A DNA stretch of 64,000 nt from a virus: positions 40,627-104,626 of IMG/VR virus record IMGVR_UViG_3300021963_000057; one strand, written 5' to 3'. This document shows, piece after piece, positions 44,994 to 54,658 of this stretch. Each line of letters starts with the position of its first letter. Position 1 is the first letter of the stretch. Position numbers and translations under genes: made by a program. The notes beneath the pieces were generated by a model that saw only the letters and a program-made list of their open reading frames with translations, was not told where the DNA came from and searched no databases.

Positions 44994-45560
44994 ATGAGTG
45001 ATGTAATTAAATTTAATACTGAAACACAAGCATTTGGTGTGCAACGTGCAGTAGCCAAGTGTTCCGGTTACGGACTTGGTGAATTGACAAAAGGTATGAA
45101 ACGTGGTTTAGAAATTGGATGTTCTGAAGCTCACACATCAAAGTTTCTACTTGATACTAATCCAGAATTGACACTATATTCAATCGACCCATATGTTCTA
45201 TATACAGATTGGAACGGTAATGTATTGAATGATAGACAAGAGTTCTTTGAACGTGTTACAAAAGAAATGGCTGTCTATGGTGATAGGTTTATTTTGATTA
45301 GAGATTTCTCGGACAATGTTTTTGGCCGTTTTGAGGATGGCGAATTTGACTTTATCTTTATTGATGGATTGCACACCTACGAACAATTAACAAAAGATTG
45401 TCACAACTACTATTCTAAAGTTAAAGTTGGTGGAATCTTCTCTGGTCACGACTATGAGGTTATTCCTGGTGTGAATCGAGCAGTAAAAGAGTTTGCACCA
45501 ACCAAAACTGACAAAGTTCTTACAACTGAATGTGATGTTTGGTACTGGTATAAAAAATGA
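44994..45560 (+). CDS. Class I SAM-dependent methyltransferase
   Basis: LEIG, IDP, FIFIDGLHTYE, GGIFSGHDY. Confidence 0.9.
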   Translation: MSDVIKFNTETQAFGVQRAVAKCSGYGLGELTKGMKRGLEIGCSEAHTSKFLLDTNPELTLYSIDPYVLYTDWNGNVLNDRQEFFERVTKEMAVYGDRFILIRDFSDNVFGRFEDGEFDFIFIDGLHTYEQLTKDCHNYYSKVKVGGIFSGHDYEVIPGVNRAVKEFAPTKTDKVLTTECDVWYWYKK

Positions 45561-46231
45561 AATCCATTTTTATCGTAACTTCATGTTTGCGACCAGCAAT
45601 CGGTGTCTTTAGTCCTGATGAACGTTTGAAACAAACATTAGAAACTATTGATTCCATTAGAAAAAAATCTCCAGATTCATTCATCATATTGTCTGATATA
45701 TCAATAGAACCACTGATAGAAATATATGGAGAGTTGATTTCTAAAGTGGACCTATTCTTAAATTTGAATCAAGTTGATTATCTATTACACTTCACTAAAA
45801 ATGGAATGAAAAGCCAAGGTGAATGTGCTATGATGCATGTTGTATTGAACTACCTAAAACAAAATACACAATTATTGGAAGGTGTTGACCGCATTTTTAA
45901 AATAACTGGTCGACTGCAACTTGATGATGGTTTTGATGTGAAAGAGTATGAAGGACTTAATGGTAAATATGTATTTAAGAAACGTATACCAACTTGGATG
46001 ACTGAACCAATTTATGGTGCAACACACGTTTTTGATACTAGACTGTGGTCAATGTGTACATCCTTGATTGAAACTCACACGCAAGCACTAGAAAAAGTGT
46101 TTCCCCTATTAGGTCCAATCGACCTGGAACACGCATACTTCACTGTTTTAGATAAAGAAAAAGTGGTAGAATTTGACAAAGTGCATTGTCGGGGCCAAGT
46201 GGCATCTACCGGTGAATGGAAATTTGACTAA
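45557..46231 (+). CDS. Hypothetical, glycosyltransferase-associated
   Basis: ERLKQTLETIDSI, FKITGR; cluster context. Confidence 0.6.
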   Translation: MKSIFIVTSCLRPAIGVFSPDERLKQTLETIDSIRKKSPDSFIILSDISIEPLIEIYGELISKVDLFLNLNQVDYLLHFTKNGMKSQGECAMMHVVLNYLKQNTQLLEGVDRIFKITGRLQLDDGFDVKEYEGLNGKYVFKKRIPTWMTEPIYGATHVFDTRLWSMCTSLIETHTQALEKVFPLLGPIDLEHAYFTVLDKEKVVEFDKVHCRGQVASTGEWKFD

Positions 46232-46260
46232 TTTAGTTCACTATATATCGAAGCCAAGAT

Positions 46261-46301
46261 TTGACAGTTTTGTGAATCTGTGGTATAATCCATTATAAAT
46301 A
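46261..46301 (+). promoter_or_regulatory. Tandem sigma70 and late promoters
   Basis: TTGACA-N17-TATAAT then TATAAATA at 46294. Confidence 0.75.
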
Positions 46302-46345
46302 ACCCTACGGACAACCAAAGTGTGTTGTATTTCAATAGGTAGACA

Positions 46346-47548
46346 ATGTTATCTTTCAAATCGTTTTTAACAGAGCAAGAGGATCCTGAAGAAGGCGCCA
46401 GTCGTCAGATTAAACACTTGACGCATGTGGAAGACCGTCCTCTCCAAACAGGTGAAAAAGGTGCAAAGCACGCTATTGCTTCATTATCGGCCGCAGCAGA
46501 ACACATCAAGTCTGGTAATAAATCCTCTGAACTGACCACAAAATATGATGGCTCACCCGCACTTGTTTATGGTCACCACCCAAAGACAGGTAAGTTCTTT
46601 GTTGCATCTAAATCTGCTTTCAACAAAACACCAAAGATTAACTACACACCAAAAGATGTAGATATGAATCATGGCCATGCACCTGGTCTGGCCGCAAAAC
46701 TAAAAGATGCACTGACACATTTACCTAAGATTGCACCTAAAAAGGGTGTTTATCAAGGTGATATGATGTTTGGTACAGACAAAGAAGATAAGAAAAGTGA
46801 AAAGGGTGGTGGTACATCATTTCATCCTAATCCATCCGGTCTAACATACACTGCACATGGAACTCACGAAGGTTCTGTTAAAAAAGCAAAGATTGGTGTT
46901 GTGACACACTTATCCTACCATGGTAAAGATGCAGCAAGTCTAAATGCGTCACATGAAGTCGACCACGAAAACTTCAATAAACATTCGGATGTATTCTCTG
47001 TTGACCCAAGAATGGACACATCAAAAGTACATTTCAGTCCAGAAGAACAGAAGAAATTCAACAAACATATTACAGCAGCTCAAGCAGTACACGATACTCA
47101 TGGTGATGATATGTATGCTGGTACCAGCGCACACCACGGAATTGGCGGTTCATTAGAAACATATATGAATCACACTGTACGTACAGGTGAAGAAGCAAAT
47201 CACAAAAACTTTAAGAATTGGTTGGAAACCAAAAAGAATAAAGATATTGATAAACTTAAAGTTGAAAAGAATAGAAAAACAAAACAAGCCGAACTTAAAG
47301 ATGAACTAGGCAAGATTGAACGTAACAAGAAACATTACAATAATCTTTTCAAAATGCATGGTGAATTACAAAAAGCCAAAGATACACTCATTGGTGTTAT
47401 GAATCAACACCAAGAATTCCAACACACACATGGCGGCGAATCTGCGAATCCTGAAGGATATGTTTTCCATCACGGTAAAGAATCTGATAAATTTGTTAAT
47501 CGTGCGGAATTCTCACGTAGAAATTTTGCTGGAATAAGAAACATATGA
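46346..47548 (+). CDS. Putative ligase-fold nucleotidyltransferase with capsid-targeting-like N-terminus
   Basis: KYDG (motif I), QGDMMF, EGYV..K; starts MLSFKSFLTE. Confidence 0.6.
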   Translation: MLSFKSFLTEQEDPEEGASRQIKHLTHVEDRPLQTGEKGAKHAIASLSAAAEHIKSGNKSSELTTKYDGSPALVYGHHPKTGKFFVASKSAFNKTPKINYTPKDVDMNHGHAPGLAAKLKDALTHLPKIAPKKGVYQGDMMFGTDKEDKKSEKGGGTSFHPNPSGLTYTAHGTHEGSVKKAKIGVVTHLSYHGKDAASLNASHEVDHENFNKHSDVFSVDPRMDTSKVHFSPEEQKKFNKHITAAQAVHDTHGDDMYAGTSAHHGIGGSLETYMNHTVRTGEEANHKNFKNWLETKKNKDIDKLKVEKNRKTKQAELKDELGKIERNKKHYNNLFKMHGELQKAKDTLIGVMNQHQEFQHTHGGESANPEGYVFHHGKESDKFVNRAEFSRRNFAGIRNI

Positions 47549-49326
47549 AAAAGTTTTTAGAAAAATTACACGAAGATGCACAGACCCACACACCTGTGGT
47601 GATGGCATTTGGTCGCATGAATCCACCAACTATTGGCCATGAAAAATTGGTTGATAGAGTAAAACAATTGGCCAAAGACTATAAAGCACCACATCACATT
47701 ATTGTGTCACATTCTATGGACGCAAAGAAGAATCCATTGGAACTTGCAAGTAAAATCAAACACGCAAAAAGATTCTTTCCTGGTGCAAACATTACTGGTT
47801 CAAGTAAAGAGAAACCAACATTTCTACAACACGCAGCTGCATTACATCAAGCAGGTCACGACCACTTGATAATGGTTGCAGGTTCGGATCGTATACCAGA
47901 ATATGAACAAAAACTAAACCAATACAATGGCGAAGGTCCAGGTAAACTATTCAACTTCAAGAAAATTGAAGTCAAGTCTGCTGGCCAACGTGACCCTGAT
48001 GCTGAAGGTGCGGAAGGTATGTCTGCTTCTAAGATGCGTGAACACGCAAAGAGTGGTGATTTTAACTCCTTCAGACAAGGTGTTCCATCACATGTTCCAG
48101 AAAAACATGCGAGAGAATTGTTCCGTGATGTTCGTAAAGGCATGGGACTAAATGAAGATTATAACCGTGGTCTATTCAAAGCAATATTTGTGACTGGTGG
48201 ACCAGGTTCAGGTAAAGATGTTATCATCCGTGAAGCAATTGCTGAAAGTAAAGCAGTTGAACTAAACTCAGTACAAGCATTTGACTTATTAATGGACAAA
48301 CAAAAATTGTCCGAAAAAACAACCGACTATCGTAGAGAAGCTATTCGTAATCGTAGTCCACTAATCATTAACGGTCCTGCTGATGACCACACAAGAATTA
48401 TTACCATCAGAGAAGAACTAGAAGAATTTGGTTATGAAACTGTAATGGTGTTTGTTGATACAACTAACGAAGCCAGTAAAGAACGCAATGAGAAGTTGAC
48501 CAAGTCAATTTCAGAATCAGTTAGATATGACAAGTGGCAATTAGCACAAACTTCAAAAGAAGCATATCGTCAGAATTTTTCCAACTTTATAGATTTCAAT
48601 AATAGTTCATCTTTTGAAGAAATTCAAGAGGATATTAGTGATACTTATGGAAAAATAAATAGGTTCATCGAGGACAAAAATTACAATGAAATTGCGTTCT
48701 CTTGGTTGTCAAGTCGTGGTAAAATTAGTATCACATCATTATTTAAGGAAAATGAAAATGTTAAGAAAAATTCTAGATTTTTTGAAAGTTACAAAACCAA
48801 GCGCACCAGCGGAAGTCCAAGTCTCAACACCGGCACCGGTCCAAGAGCAGACGGTCCAGGAGACAGCACCCCAGATAATCGTGCAGGAGACTCCAACGCA
48901 GACAACATCAAGTGGGACAGAAACAGTAAGCGAGGAAGTTACACCTTCAAAACCTACAGTGAAGAAGGCCCCAGCCTCAAAGTCAGCCCAATCCCCAAAG
49001 AAAGCAACTTCTCCAAGGACAAAGAAAAAGTAAAGCGTAATCGTTTTACCGACTCACCAACTGTTAATCAACGTATGAGAAACATATCGACAGTTGGTCC
49101 AGAATTCGATACACGCCAACAGGGAACAGTATACCCTATGTCTGGTCTAGGCGATGTAACATATAGAGAACATGTAGATTTTAAGAATTTTAGGGAATCA
49201 CATAATGATCCTTCTGATTCAGAAATGGGTGTTTATGGTGTTTTAGGTGGTTCTTCAAATAAAGAACCGATGGAAAACCCAAAAGATAAATTTGGTTCTA
49301 GTTCAATAAAGAAGAAAAAGAAATGA
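47545..49326 (+). CDS. Cytidyltransferase-like domain fused to P-loop kinase-like domain
   Basis: FGRMNPPTIGH, GSDR, MSASKMR; GGPGSGKD. Confidence 0.8.
   Translation: MKKFLEKLHEDAQTHTPVVMAFGRMNPPTIGHEKLVDRVKQLAKDYKAPHHIIVSHSMDAKKNPLELASKIKHAKRFFPGANITGSSKEKPTFLQHAAALHQAGHDHLIMVAGSDRIPEYEQKLNQYNGEGPGKLFNFKKIEVKSAGQRDPDAEGAEGMSASKMREHAKSGDFNSFRQGVPSHVPEKHARELFRDVRKGMGLNEDYNRGLFKAIFVTGGPGSGKDVIIREAIAESKAVELNSVQAFDLLMDKQKLSEKTTDYRREAIRNRSPLIINGPADDHTRIITIREELEEFGYETVMVFVDTTNEASKERNEKLTKSISESVRYDKWQLAQTSKEAYRQNFSNFIDFNNSSSFEEIQEDISDTYGKINRFIEDKNYNEIAFSWLSSRGKISITSLFKENENVKKNSRFFESYKTKRTSGSPSLNTGTGPRADGPGDSTPDNRAGDSNADNIKWDRNSKRGSYTFKTYSEEGPSLKVSPIPKESNFSKDKEKVKRNRFTDSPTVNQRMRNISTVGPEFDTRQQGTVYPMSGLGDVTYREHVDFKNFRESHNDPSDSEMGVYGVLGGSSNKEPMENPKDKFGSSSIKKKKK
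48752..49033 (+). CDS. Possible overprinted gene in +1 frame
   Basis: AAGGA RBS, MLRKILDFLK helix, P/T/E linker, Lys-rich tail. Confidence 0.5.
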   Translation: MKMLRKILDFLKVTKPSAPAEVQVSTPAPVQEQTVQETAPQIIVQETPTQTTSSGTETVSEEVTPSKPTVKKAPASKSAQSPKKATSPRTKKK

Positions 49327-49535
49327 AAAAATTCACAGAATTTGTAAAAGAATCCACACCAGAAACGGCACACCACGATGCTCAAGAAATCAAACGTCAA
49401 AAGAAACATTTGATGGATAAAGCAAAAGAGTATGGTGACCAAGCTGATAGAGAAAAACAATTCGGTCACGGCGGCGCCGCACAAGCTAAAGGTGAAACTA
49501 TGGCTGCAGCTGCAAAAAATATCAAAGGAGCATAA
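49323..49535 (+). CDS. Putative internal head protein
   Basis: MKKFTEFVKE N-terminus like T4 capsid-targeting sequence. Confidence 0.6.
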   Translation: MKKFTEFVKESTPETAHHDAQEIKRQKKHLMDKAKEYGDQADREKQFGHGGAAQAKGETMAAAAKNIKGA

Positions 49536-50321
49536 ATGATTAACTTAAAAAAACAAGATCCTATTGCTGATGCAGTAAAAGAAATTTTACAACAAGAGGC
49601 ACTAAAGGGCAATCAACATAAAATTGATAAAAACAAGAATAACAAAATTGATGCGGAAGACTTTAAACTTCTACGCAAAGAAGAAAATGTTGATGAAGCT
49701 CTGAAAGGCAATCAACATAAGATTGACAAGAATAAAAACAATAAGATTGATGCAGAAGATTTCAAAATTCTTCGTAAAGAAGAAACTGTTGAAGAAGGCA
49801 TCAAAGACATTGCTAAGAAAGCATTCAAAGCTTTGACTGGTGGTTCAGACGAAGACCAACGTAAAGACCTACAACGTAAGATGGGTCTACCACAAACTGG
49901 TCAGAAACCAACTCAAAAAGAAGAAGTTGAACAGATTGATGAACTATCAAAATCAACTTTAGGTTCTTATGTAAAAGGTGCAGCAAGAGATGTTGGTGTT
50001 TCTCGTAAACTTAGTGCTGACTTTGAGAATAAGGCAGATAAGTCTAGAAATGCTAGCTCAAAGACAGCAAATTCTAGTATTTCCAAAAGATTCAATGACA
50101 TAGCCAAAAAGCGTCAGGCAGGCATTGGCCAAGCAGTTGAACGATTAACAAAGGAAGAAGTCATGCCAAAAACATTGAAACAATTCAAAGAAAATGCATT
50201 TGACTGGAAAAAGAAACCAGAACCAACACCAAACGGTGGTTCAGGTGTAAAACAAGGCACACGTTATGGTGGTTCCAAACAAAAAGATGTACCTGAAAAG
50301 GATACTGACGAAAAAAAGTAA
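49536..50321 (+). CDS. Putative internal head polyprotein with tandem repeat; probable -1 frameshift extension to 50467
   Basis: Duplicated EALKGNQHKIDKNKNNKIDAEDFK; A_AAA_AAG before stop. Confidence 0.7.
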   Translation: MINLKKQDPIADAVKEILQQEALKGNQHKIDKNKNNKIDAEDFKLLRKEENVDEALKGNQHKIDKNKNNKIDAEDFKILRKEETVEEGIKDIAKKAFKALTGGSDEDQRKDLQRKMGLPQTGQKPTQKEEVEQIDELSKSTLGSYVKGAARDVGVSRKLSADFENKADKSRNASSKTANSSISKRFNDIAKKRQAGIGQAVERLTKEEVMPKTLKQFKENAFDWKKKPEPTPNGGSGVKQGTRYGGSKQKDVPEKDTDEKK

Positions 50322-50367
50322 ATGAGGCAAAGGGACCAACCAGTCAAGAGGACGGTCCTTTTGTCTC
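50312..50367 (+). promoter_or_regulatory. Programmed -1 frameshift signal
   Basis: A AAA AAG, 5-nt spacer, 14-bp stem GAGGCAAAGGGACC/GGTCCTTTTGTCTC. Confidence 0.72.
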
Positions 50368-50476
50368 TAGTATCAACGATACACACGATTTAAAGCCATT
50401 GAACCACGCAAGGTACTTAGCCAAACAATCGTTAGATAAAGTTCAAAAAGATATGATGAACAAATAAGGCACAATA

Positions 50477-51922
50477 ATGAGCAAAGCACAAACATTAAAA
50501 TCTATAATCAAAAAGGGTGGCGCAGAAAAGTCAACCTTTGGAACCAATCCTTGGGATCCATGGTCCGCAAAAGCAAACATTGCGGAAGATGCTGCTTTGG
50601 ATCAATATTTGACTTCTAGAGGTATCAATCCAAAACATGTCACTAAAGACCAAAAGGTTGCACATTCTAAGATGGGTCAGTTCCTAAAATGGAAAAGAGA
50701 CCATATGTCGGAAGCTGTGGATAGAAAAGACACTATCACTTTTGATATTCCCTTATTGATTCGTGTTTTGGAATTTACTAGAGAAGATTTGAAGTCTGAT
50801 ATCAACCTACACAAGATGGTTGAAAGATTATTGAATATTCGTGGTAAAGGCACATTGACCATGAAAGAATATGGTAGAATTGTCAAAGAAGAATATTCAG
50901 AAGAAGAAGTTGAACAGATTGTTGAAATAACAACTACTGGTTATCACGCAGCTGCTATTAAGAGCAGAAATGATGCTGCTGTTAAAGTCATGTCTAGTAT
51001 GGGTAAAGACAAGGAAGCAAAAACAAAACTTGATGCTCGCAACAGAGGTCTTAAAAGACTAAGTGACAGGACACATGCTGATATGAAGAAGGCCAATTCT
51101 GGTCCACAAAAACCTATAGAACACAAACCAAGTAGCATGAGTTCTCCACAGGCATACTATGCATCCAAGAAACCAGGTGAATATACTGGTGACTCTGTTC
51201 AGTATTCAGATGACACAAATGTTATTTCCGAAATCAGTAGTGCAACTTTAGATAGTTACAAAGAAAAGGCTAAGAAGTCTGCTGATGAATTGTCAGCAAA
51301 AGGTCAATATAGAAAATCTACAAACCGTTGGGGTAACATTATGAAAGCCACCGGTAAACAGATTGATAAAACAACTGCTGATATCAAGAAGTCTTTGAAT
51401 AAAGAAGAAACTGTTTCGGAAGTTGCACCTCCAGGTTTTGAAGGCACTGTTAAAGCCATGAAGAAATACAAGGGTATTGATAATCCTTGGGCACTTGCAT
51501 GGTCTATGAAGAACAAAGGTTACAAGTCTCACAAGAAGTCAGACGGTACACCTAAGAACGAAAATTACCAAGACCCAATGGCCGCTTCGTCAATGCCTTG
51601 TGATTGTGCAAACAGTCCTGATGATGTGGAACCAAAAGATAAGAATAAAAAATTGATTCAAATGTCCAAGTCTGCTCGAATTATTAAAAACCTTTACAAA
51701 AAGAAAGGTATGAAAGAGGAAACTTACGACCATGAAAAGGAAGACAAATCTGTTGCAACATATGGTAAAAAACCAAAAATGCAACAGGTTAGTACAAGTT
51801 TAGAGGAACCAAAAGCCGCAGCGGTCCTAACAGGCGGTACCACCATGACTGGTGAAAAGCGTGATACCATCGAAATCGACCCTATGATGAAGATGCGTAA
51901 ACCAATTTCTGGAAAAAGATAA
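50477..51922 (+). CDS. Putative internal head polyprotein
   Basis: Basic modules separated by acidic (I/V)xE sites. Confidence 0.65.
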   Translation: MSKAQTLKSIIKKGGAEKSTFGTNPWDPWSAKANIAEDAALDQYLTSRGINPKHVTKDQKVAHSKMGQFLKWKRDHMSEAVDRKDTITFDIPLLIRVLEFTREDLKSDINLHKMVERLLNIRGKGTLTMKEYGRIVKEEYSEEEVEQIVEITTTGYHAAAIKSRNDAAVKVMSSMGKDKEAKTKLDARNRGLKRLSDRTHADMKKANSGPQKPIEHKPSSMSSPQAYYASKKPGEYTGDSVQYSDDTNVISEISSATLDSYKEKAKKSADELSAKGQYRKSTNRWGNIMKATGKQIDKTTADIKKSLNKEETVSEVAPPGFEGTVKAMKKYKGIDNPWALAWSMKNKGYKSHKKSDGTPKNENYQDPMAASSMPCDCANSPDDVEPKDKNKKLIQMSKSARIIKNLYKKKGMKEETYDHEKEDKSVATYGKKPKMQQVSTSLEEPKAAAVLTGGTTMTGEKRDTIEIDPMMKMRKPISGKR

Positions 51923-51957
51923 ATACAAAGATAACCCTCGGTTAAAAGGAGAAAAAC

Positions 51958-52635
51958 ATGTCATCTTGGGGAAATAACGATAACGCAGCTAACGCACCAT
52001 ATTGGGCCGTTAACTCAACAATAGTCAATGCAGCTGACGTAAAAGCAGTTGCAGCTGCGCCTACCGCAGCAAACGTTGAATTACTTTATGGTAATACAAC
52101 TGCTGATGTTTATACAACAGGTCAAACTATTGGTTTGTTTGCTGTTGATACACAAGAAGCTTCAGCAACAAATAGAGTACATTCTGGTTGGGTACTAAGA
52201 ACTACTGGTTCTGGCGGCCGTGCCAACCGTGTACAAGAAGAAGTTTTGGTAGCATTAAGTGGTTTGTCTGCTGATGGTGTTGATGGTGATGCACAAGCTT
52301 ACGCTAACGTAACAATCACATTGTCTGGCCCATCTAGTGCATCAATTGTTGCAAATACAGACTACGCAAACTTGGTATCATTCAGTGTAACACCTACATT
52401 GGACGGAAACACCGCTGCAACATTGACATATCAGTGGCAATACAATGCAGGTTCAGGTTGGGCAAACATTCCTGCAAACACAGTGCCAATTCAGTACAAC
52501 GGCGCAACGTCAGCAACATTGTTCGCAAGACCAAAGACTACAGCAAATACAGGAACAGTATATCGTGTTACCGTTACTGCTGCAGACCAAGGTGTGTCAG
52601 CAACATCTGCAAACGCAACTATCACTATAACCTGA
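51958..52635 (+). CDS. Virion structural protein with Ig-like C-terminal domain
   Basis: TYQWQY..YRVTVT..SANATITI; ATAAATA upstream, strong RBS. Confidence 0.7.
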   Translation: MSSWGNNDNAANAPYWAVNSTIVNAADVKAVAAAPTAANVELLYGNTTADVYTTGQTIGLFAVDTQEASATNRVHSGWVLRTTGSGGRANRVQEEVLVALSGLSADGVDGDAQAYANVTITLSGPSSASIVANTDYANLVSFSVTPTLDGNTAATLTYQWQYNAGSGWANIPANTVPIQYNGATSATLFARPKTTANTGTVYRVTVTAADQGVSATSANATITIT

Positions 52636-52639
52636 TAGA

Positions 52640-52660
52640 AGGGGCTTCGGCCCCTCTTTA
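52640..52660 (+). terminator. Intrinsic terminator
   Basis: AGGGGC-TTCG-GCCCCT followed by CTTT. Confidence 0.65.
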
Positions 52661-52662
52661 AT

Positions 52663-53049
52663 ATGTTTGATGATTTGAATGAAGACAATTTTATGATGTA
52701 TGCTATGAAATGCTATACGTCACCACATTGTATTATGTCGGAATTTGAGGGAGATATCAAAAGAACAAAATACCTGAAAAGGTTGTTTCGTAGATACAAG
52801 GTAACTAAATCCCTCAAAGAACGACTAATTCTAAACCATATCATTTTATTGAATAATGTTTTTGGTACGGAAGCAACCGCAAGAATATTGTTCTATAAGA
52901 CTGATGAACGAGATTATGATATTCTAAAAACTTTTTTAGATTACCTTGACATTATGCCCGACTTTGTTTATGGAATTAATGGAAAAACTATATCATCATC
53001 CGATTTACCACTAGATATGAATGTCGCAGAGATATTAAGAAACATATGA
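52663..53049 (+). CDS. Conserved T4-like hypothetical protein
   Basis: LKERLILNHIILLNNVFG. Confidence 0.75.
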   Translation: MFDDLNEDNFMMYAMKCYTSPHCIMSEFEGDIKRTKYLKRLFRRYKVTKSLKERLILNHIILLNNVFGTEATARILFYKTDERDYDILKTFLDYLDIMPDFVYGINGKTISSSDLPLDMNVAEILRNI

Positions 53050-53699
53050 AAAAATTCAACGAATACATCAACGAAGTAAAAGAACCAACAGGTGACTTAA
53101 AAAAGGCTTGTTGGACTGGTTATACTGCTGTCGGTACAAAAAAGAAAAACGGTAGAACCGTTCCTAATTGTGTTCCGGAAGAAGTTGAAATAGACGAAAA
53201 CCATATTGCCATCGCCATGGGTAAAGAGATGGATGATGAAGGTAGTATGATTATGAATCAGTTGGATCAAATGGAACGTTCCATCAACATGTTGCGTGGA
53301 GTCGTTAAGGATCCAAACATGCAAGTACCTGCATGGGTTCAGTCTAAAGTTACATTAGCAGCAGATTACATCGAAACTGTTGCTGGTTATATGTCTAGTA
53401 AAAACGAAGAAGTTGACCTAGAAGAAACTGCTGCATGGCAACGCAAAGAAGGTAAGAGTGAATCTGGTGGTTTGAATGCCAAAGGTGTTGCAAGTTATCG
53501 TAGAGAGAATCCAGGTTCTAAACTAAAAACAGCTGTCACAACTAAACCATCAAAATTAAAACCAGGTTCTGCTGCTGCAAATCGCCGTAAATCATTCTGT
53601 GCTAGAATGTCTGGTATGAAGAAAAGATTAACTTCAGCAAAAACTGCTAATGATCCAGATTCACGTATCAATAAGTCTCTACGTAAGTGGAATTGCTAA
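53046..53699 (+). CDS. Putative internal head polyprotein
   Basis: MKKFNEYINE; CWTGY..VPNCVP; AWQRKEGK..SFCARM modules. Confidence 0.7.
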   Translation: MKKFNEYINEVKEPTGDLKKACWTGYTAVGTKKKNGRTVPNCVPEEVEIDENHIAIAMGKEMDDEGSMIMNQLDQMERSINMLRGVVKDPNMQVPAWVQSKVTLAADYIETVAGYMSSKNEEVDLEETAAWQRKEGKSESGGLNAKGVASYRRENPGSKLKTAVTTKPSKLKPGSAAANRRKSFCARMSGMKKRLTSAKTANDPDSRINKSLRKWNC

Positions 53700-53944
53700 T
53701 GGTAACATTCAAAGAATTTATTACAGAAAAGGGTAGATGTTGGACTGGTTACAAACCTGTTCCTGGTAAAAAACCATATTCTGACGGCAGCTGTGTGAAA
53801 GAAGATGGTATGGCCGGTGCACCAGCAAATGCTGTGGGTGGTGGAAACATTGCTGGTTCAGGCGGAGCTGGCGGAGAACCTGGAGTTTCTAAGAAAAGAA
53901 ATCCAGTAATGTCATTCTTCAAACGTAAACAGCAAAAGATGTAA
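53699..53944 (+). CDS. Putative internal head protein
   Basis: MVTFKEFITE; CWTGY..SC module. Confidence 0.6.
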   Translation: MVTFKEFITEKGRCWTGYKPVPGKKPYSDGSCVKEDGMAGAPANAVGGGNIAGSGGAGGEPGVSKKRNPVMSFFKRKQQKM

Positions 53945-53945
53945 T

Positions 53946-54401
53946 ATGTGGATATTGGAATGGTTGCCTAATTGGATTTTCTACGCCGTCTTATTAGCCG
54001 GCGTTTTTGGTTTGGTTGTTACGTATCTAATTCGATTCTTAAGTTTTATTCCTTTCCTTTACGTCTATAAGACTCCCATACAACTCATTTCTATTGCAGC
54101 AATTGCAATCGGCACTTTCATGGCCGGTGCTATACATGATAATGAATCGTGGGAAGCAAAAGTTCGTGAAATGGAAGAAAAAGTTGCCGCAGCAGAAGCA
54201 CAATCAAAAGAAGAAAATATTAAGATAGTTGAGAAAGTGGTAAACAAAGTACAAATAGTCAAGACCCGTGGTCAAGACATTGTTAAATATGTAGATAGAG
54301 AAGTGGTCAAATACGACACAAAATTTGCACCTGGAGGTGTCTGTGAGATACCTAAAGAGTTTATCAAAGCACATAATGATGCAGCAGAGGCACCAAAATG
54401 A
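53946..54401 (+). CDS. Rz-like inner-membrane spanin
   Basis: N-terminal TMs, coiled coil, C-terminal Cys; overlaps lipoprotein gene. Confidence 0.65.
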   Translation: MWILEWLPNWIFYAVLLAGVFGLVVTYLIRFLSFIPFLYVYKTPIQLISIAAIAIGTFMAGAIHDNESWEAKVREMEEKVAAAEAQSKEENIKIVEKVVNKVQIVKTRGQDIVKYVDREVVKYDTKFAPGGVCEIPKEFIKAHNDAAEAPK

Positions 54402-54658
54402 AATATTTGTTTATCATATTACTATTGGCTGGTTGTTCAACTACTGTTCCAGTTACAGCAAAGTTTCCTGATGCACCAGGTAATGTGGCAATGACTGCTT
54501 GTCCACAATTACAAAAATTAAATGAAGATGCCAAGTTAAGTGATATTAGTAAAACTGTGTCTGTAAACTATGGTACATACTATGAATGTGCTGTAAAAAC
54601 AGATGCATGGATTGAATGGTATCAAATACAAAAACGTATTTTTGAAGGTGTAAAATGA
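54398..54658 (+). CDS. Rz1-like outer-membrane lipoprotein spanin
   Basis: Lipobox LLAGC, Pro/Cys pattern. Confidence 0.7.
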   Translation: MKYLFIILLLAGCSTTVPVTAKFPDAPGNVAMTACPQLQKLNEDAKLSDISKTVSVNYGTYYECAVKTDAWIEWYQIQKRIFEGVK

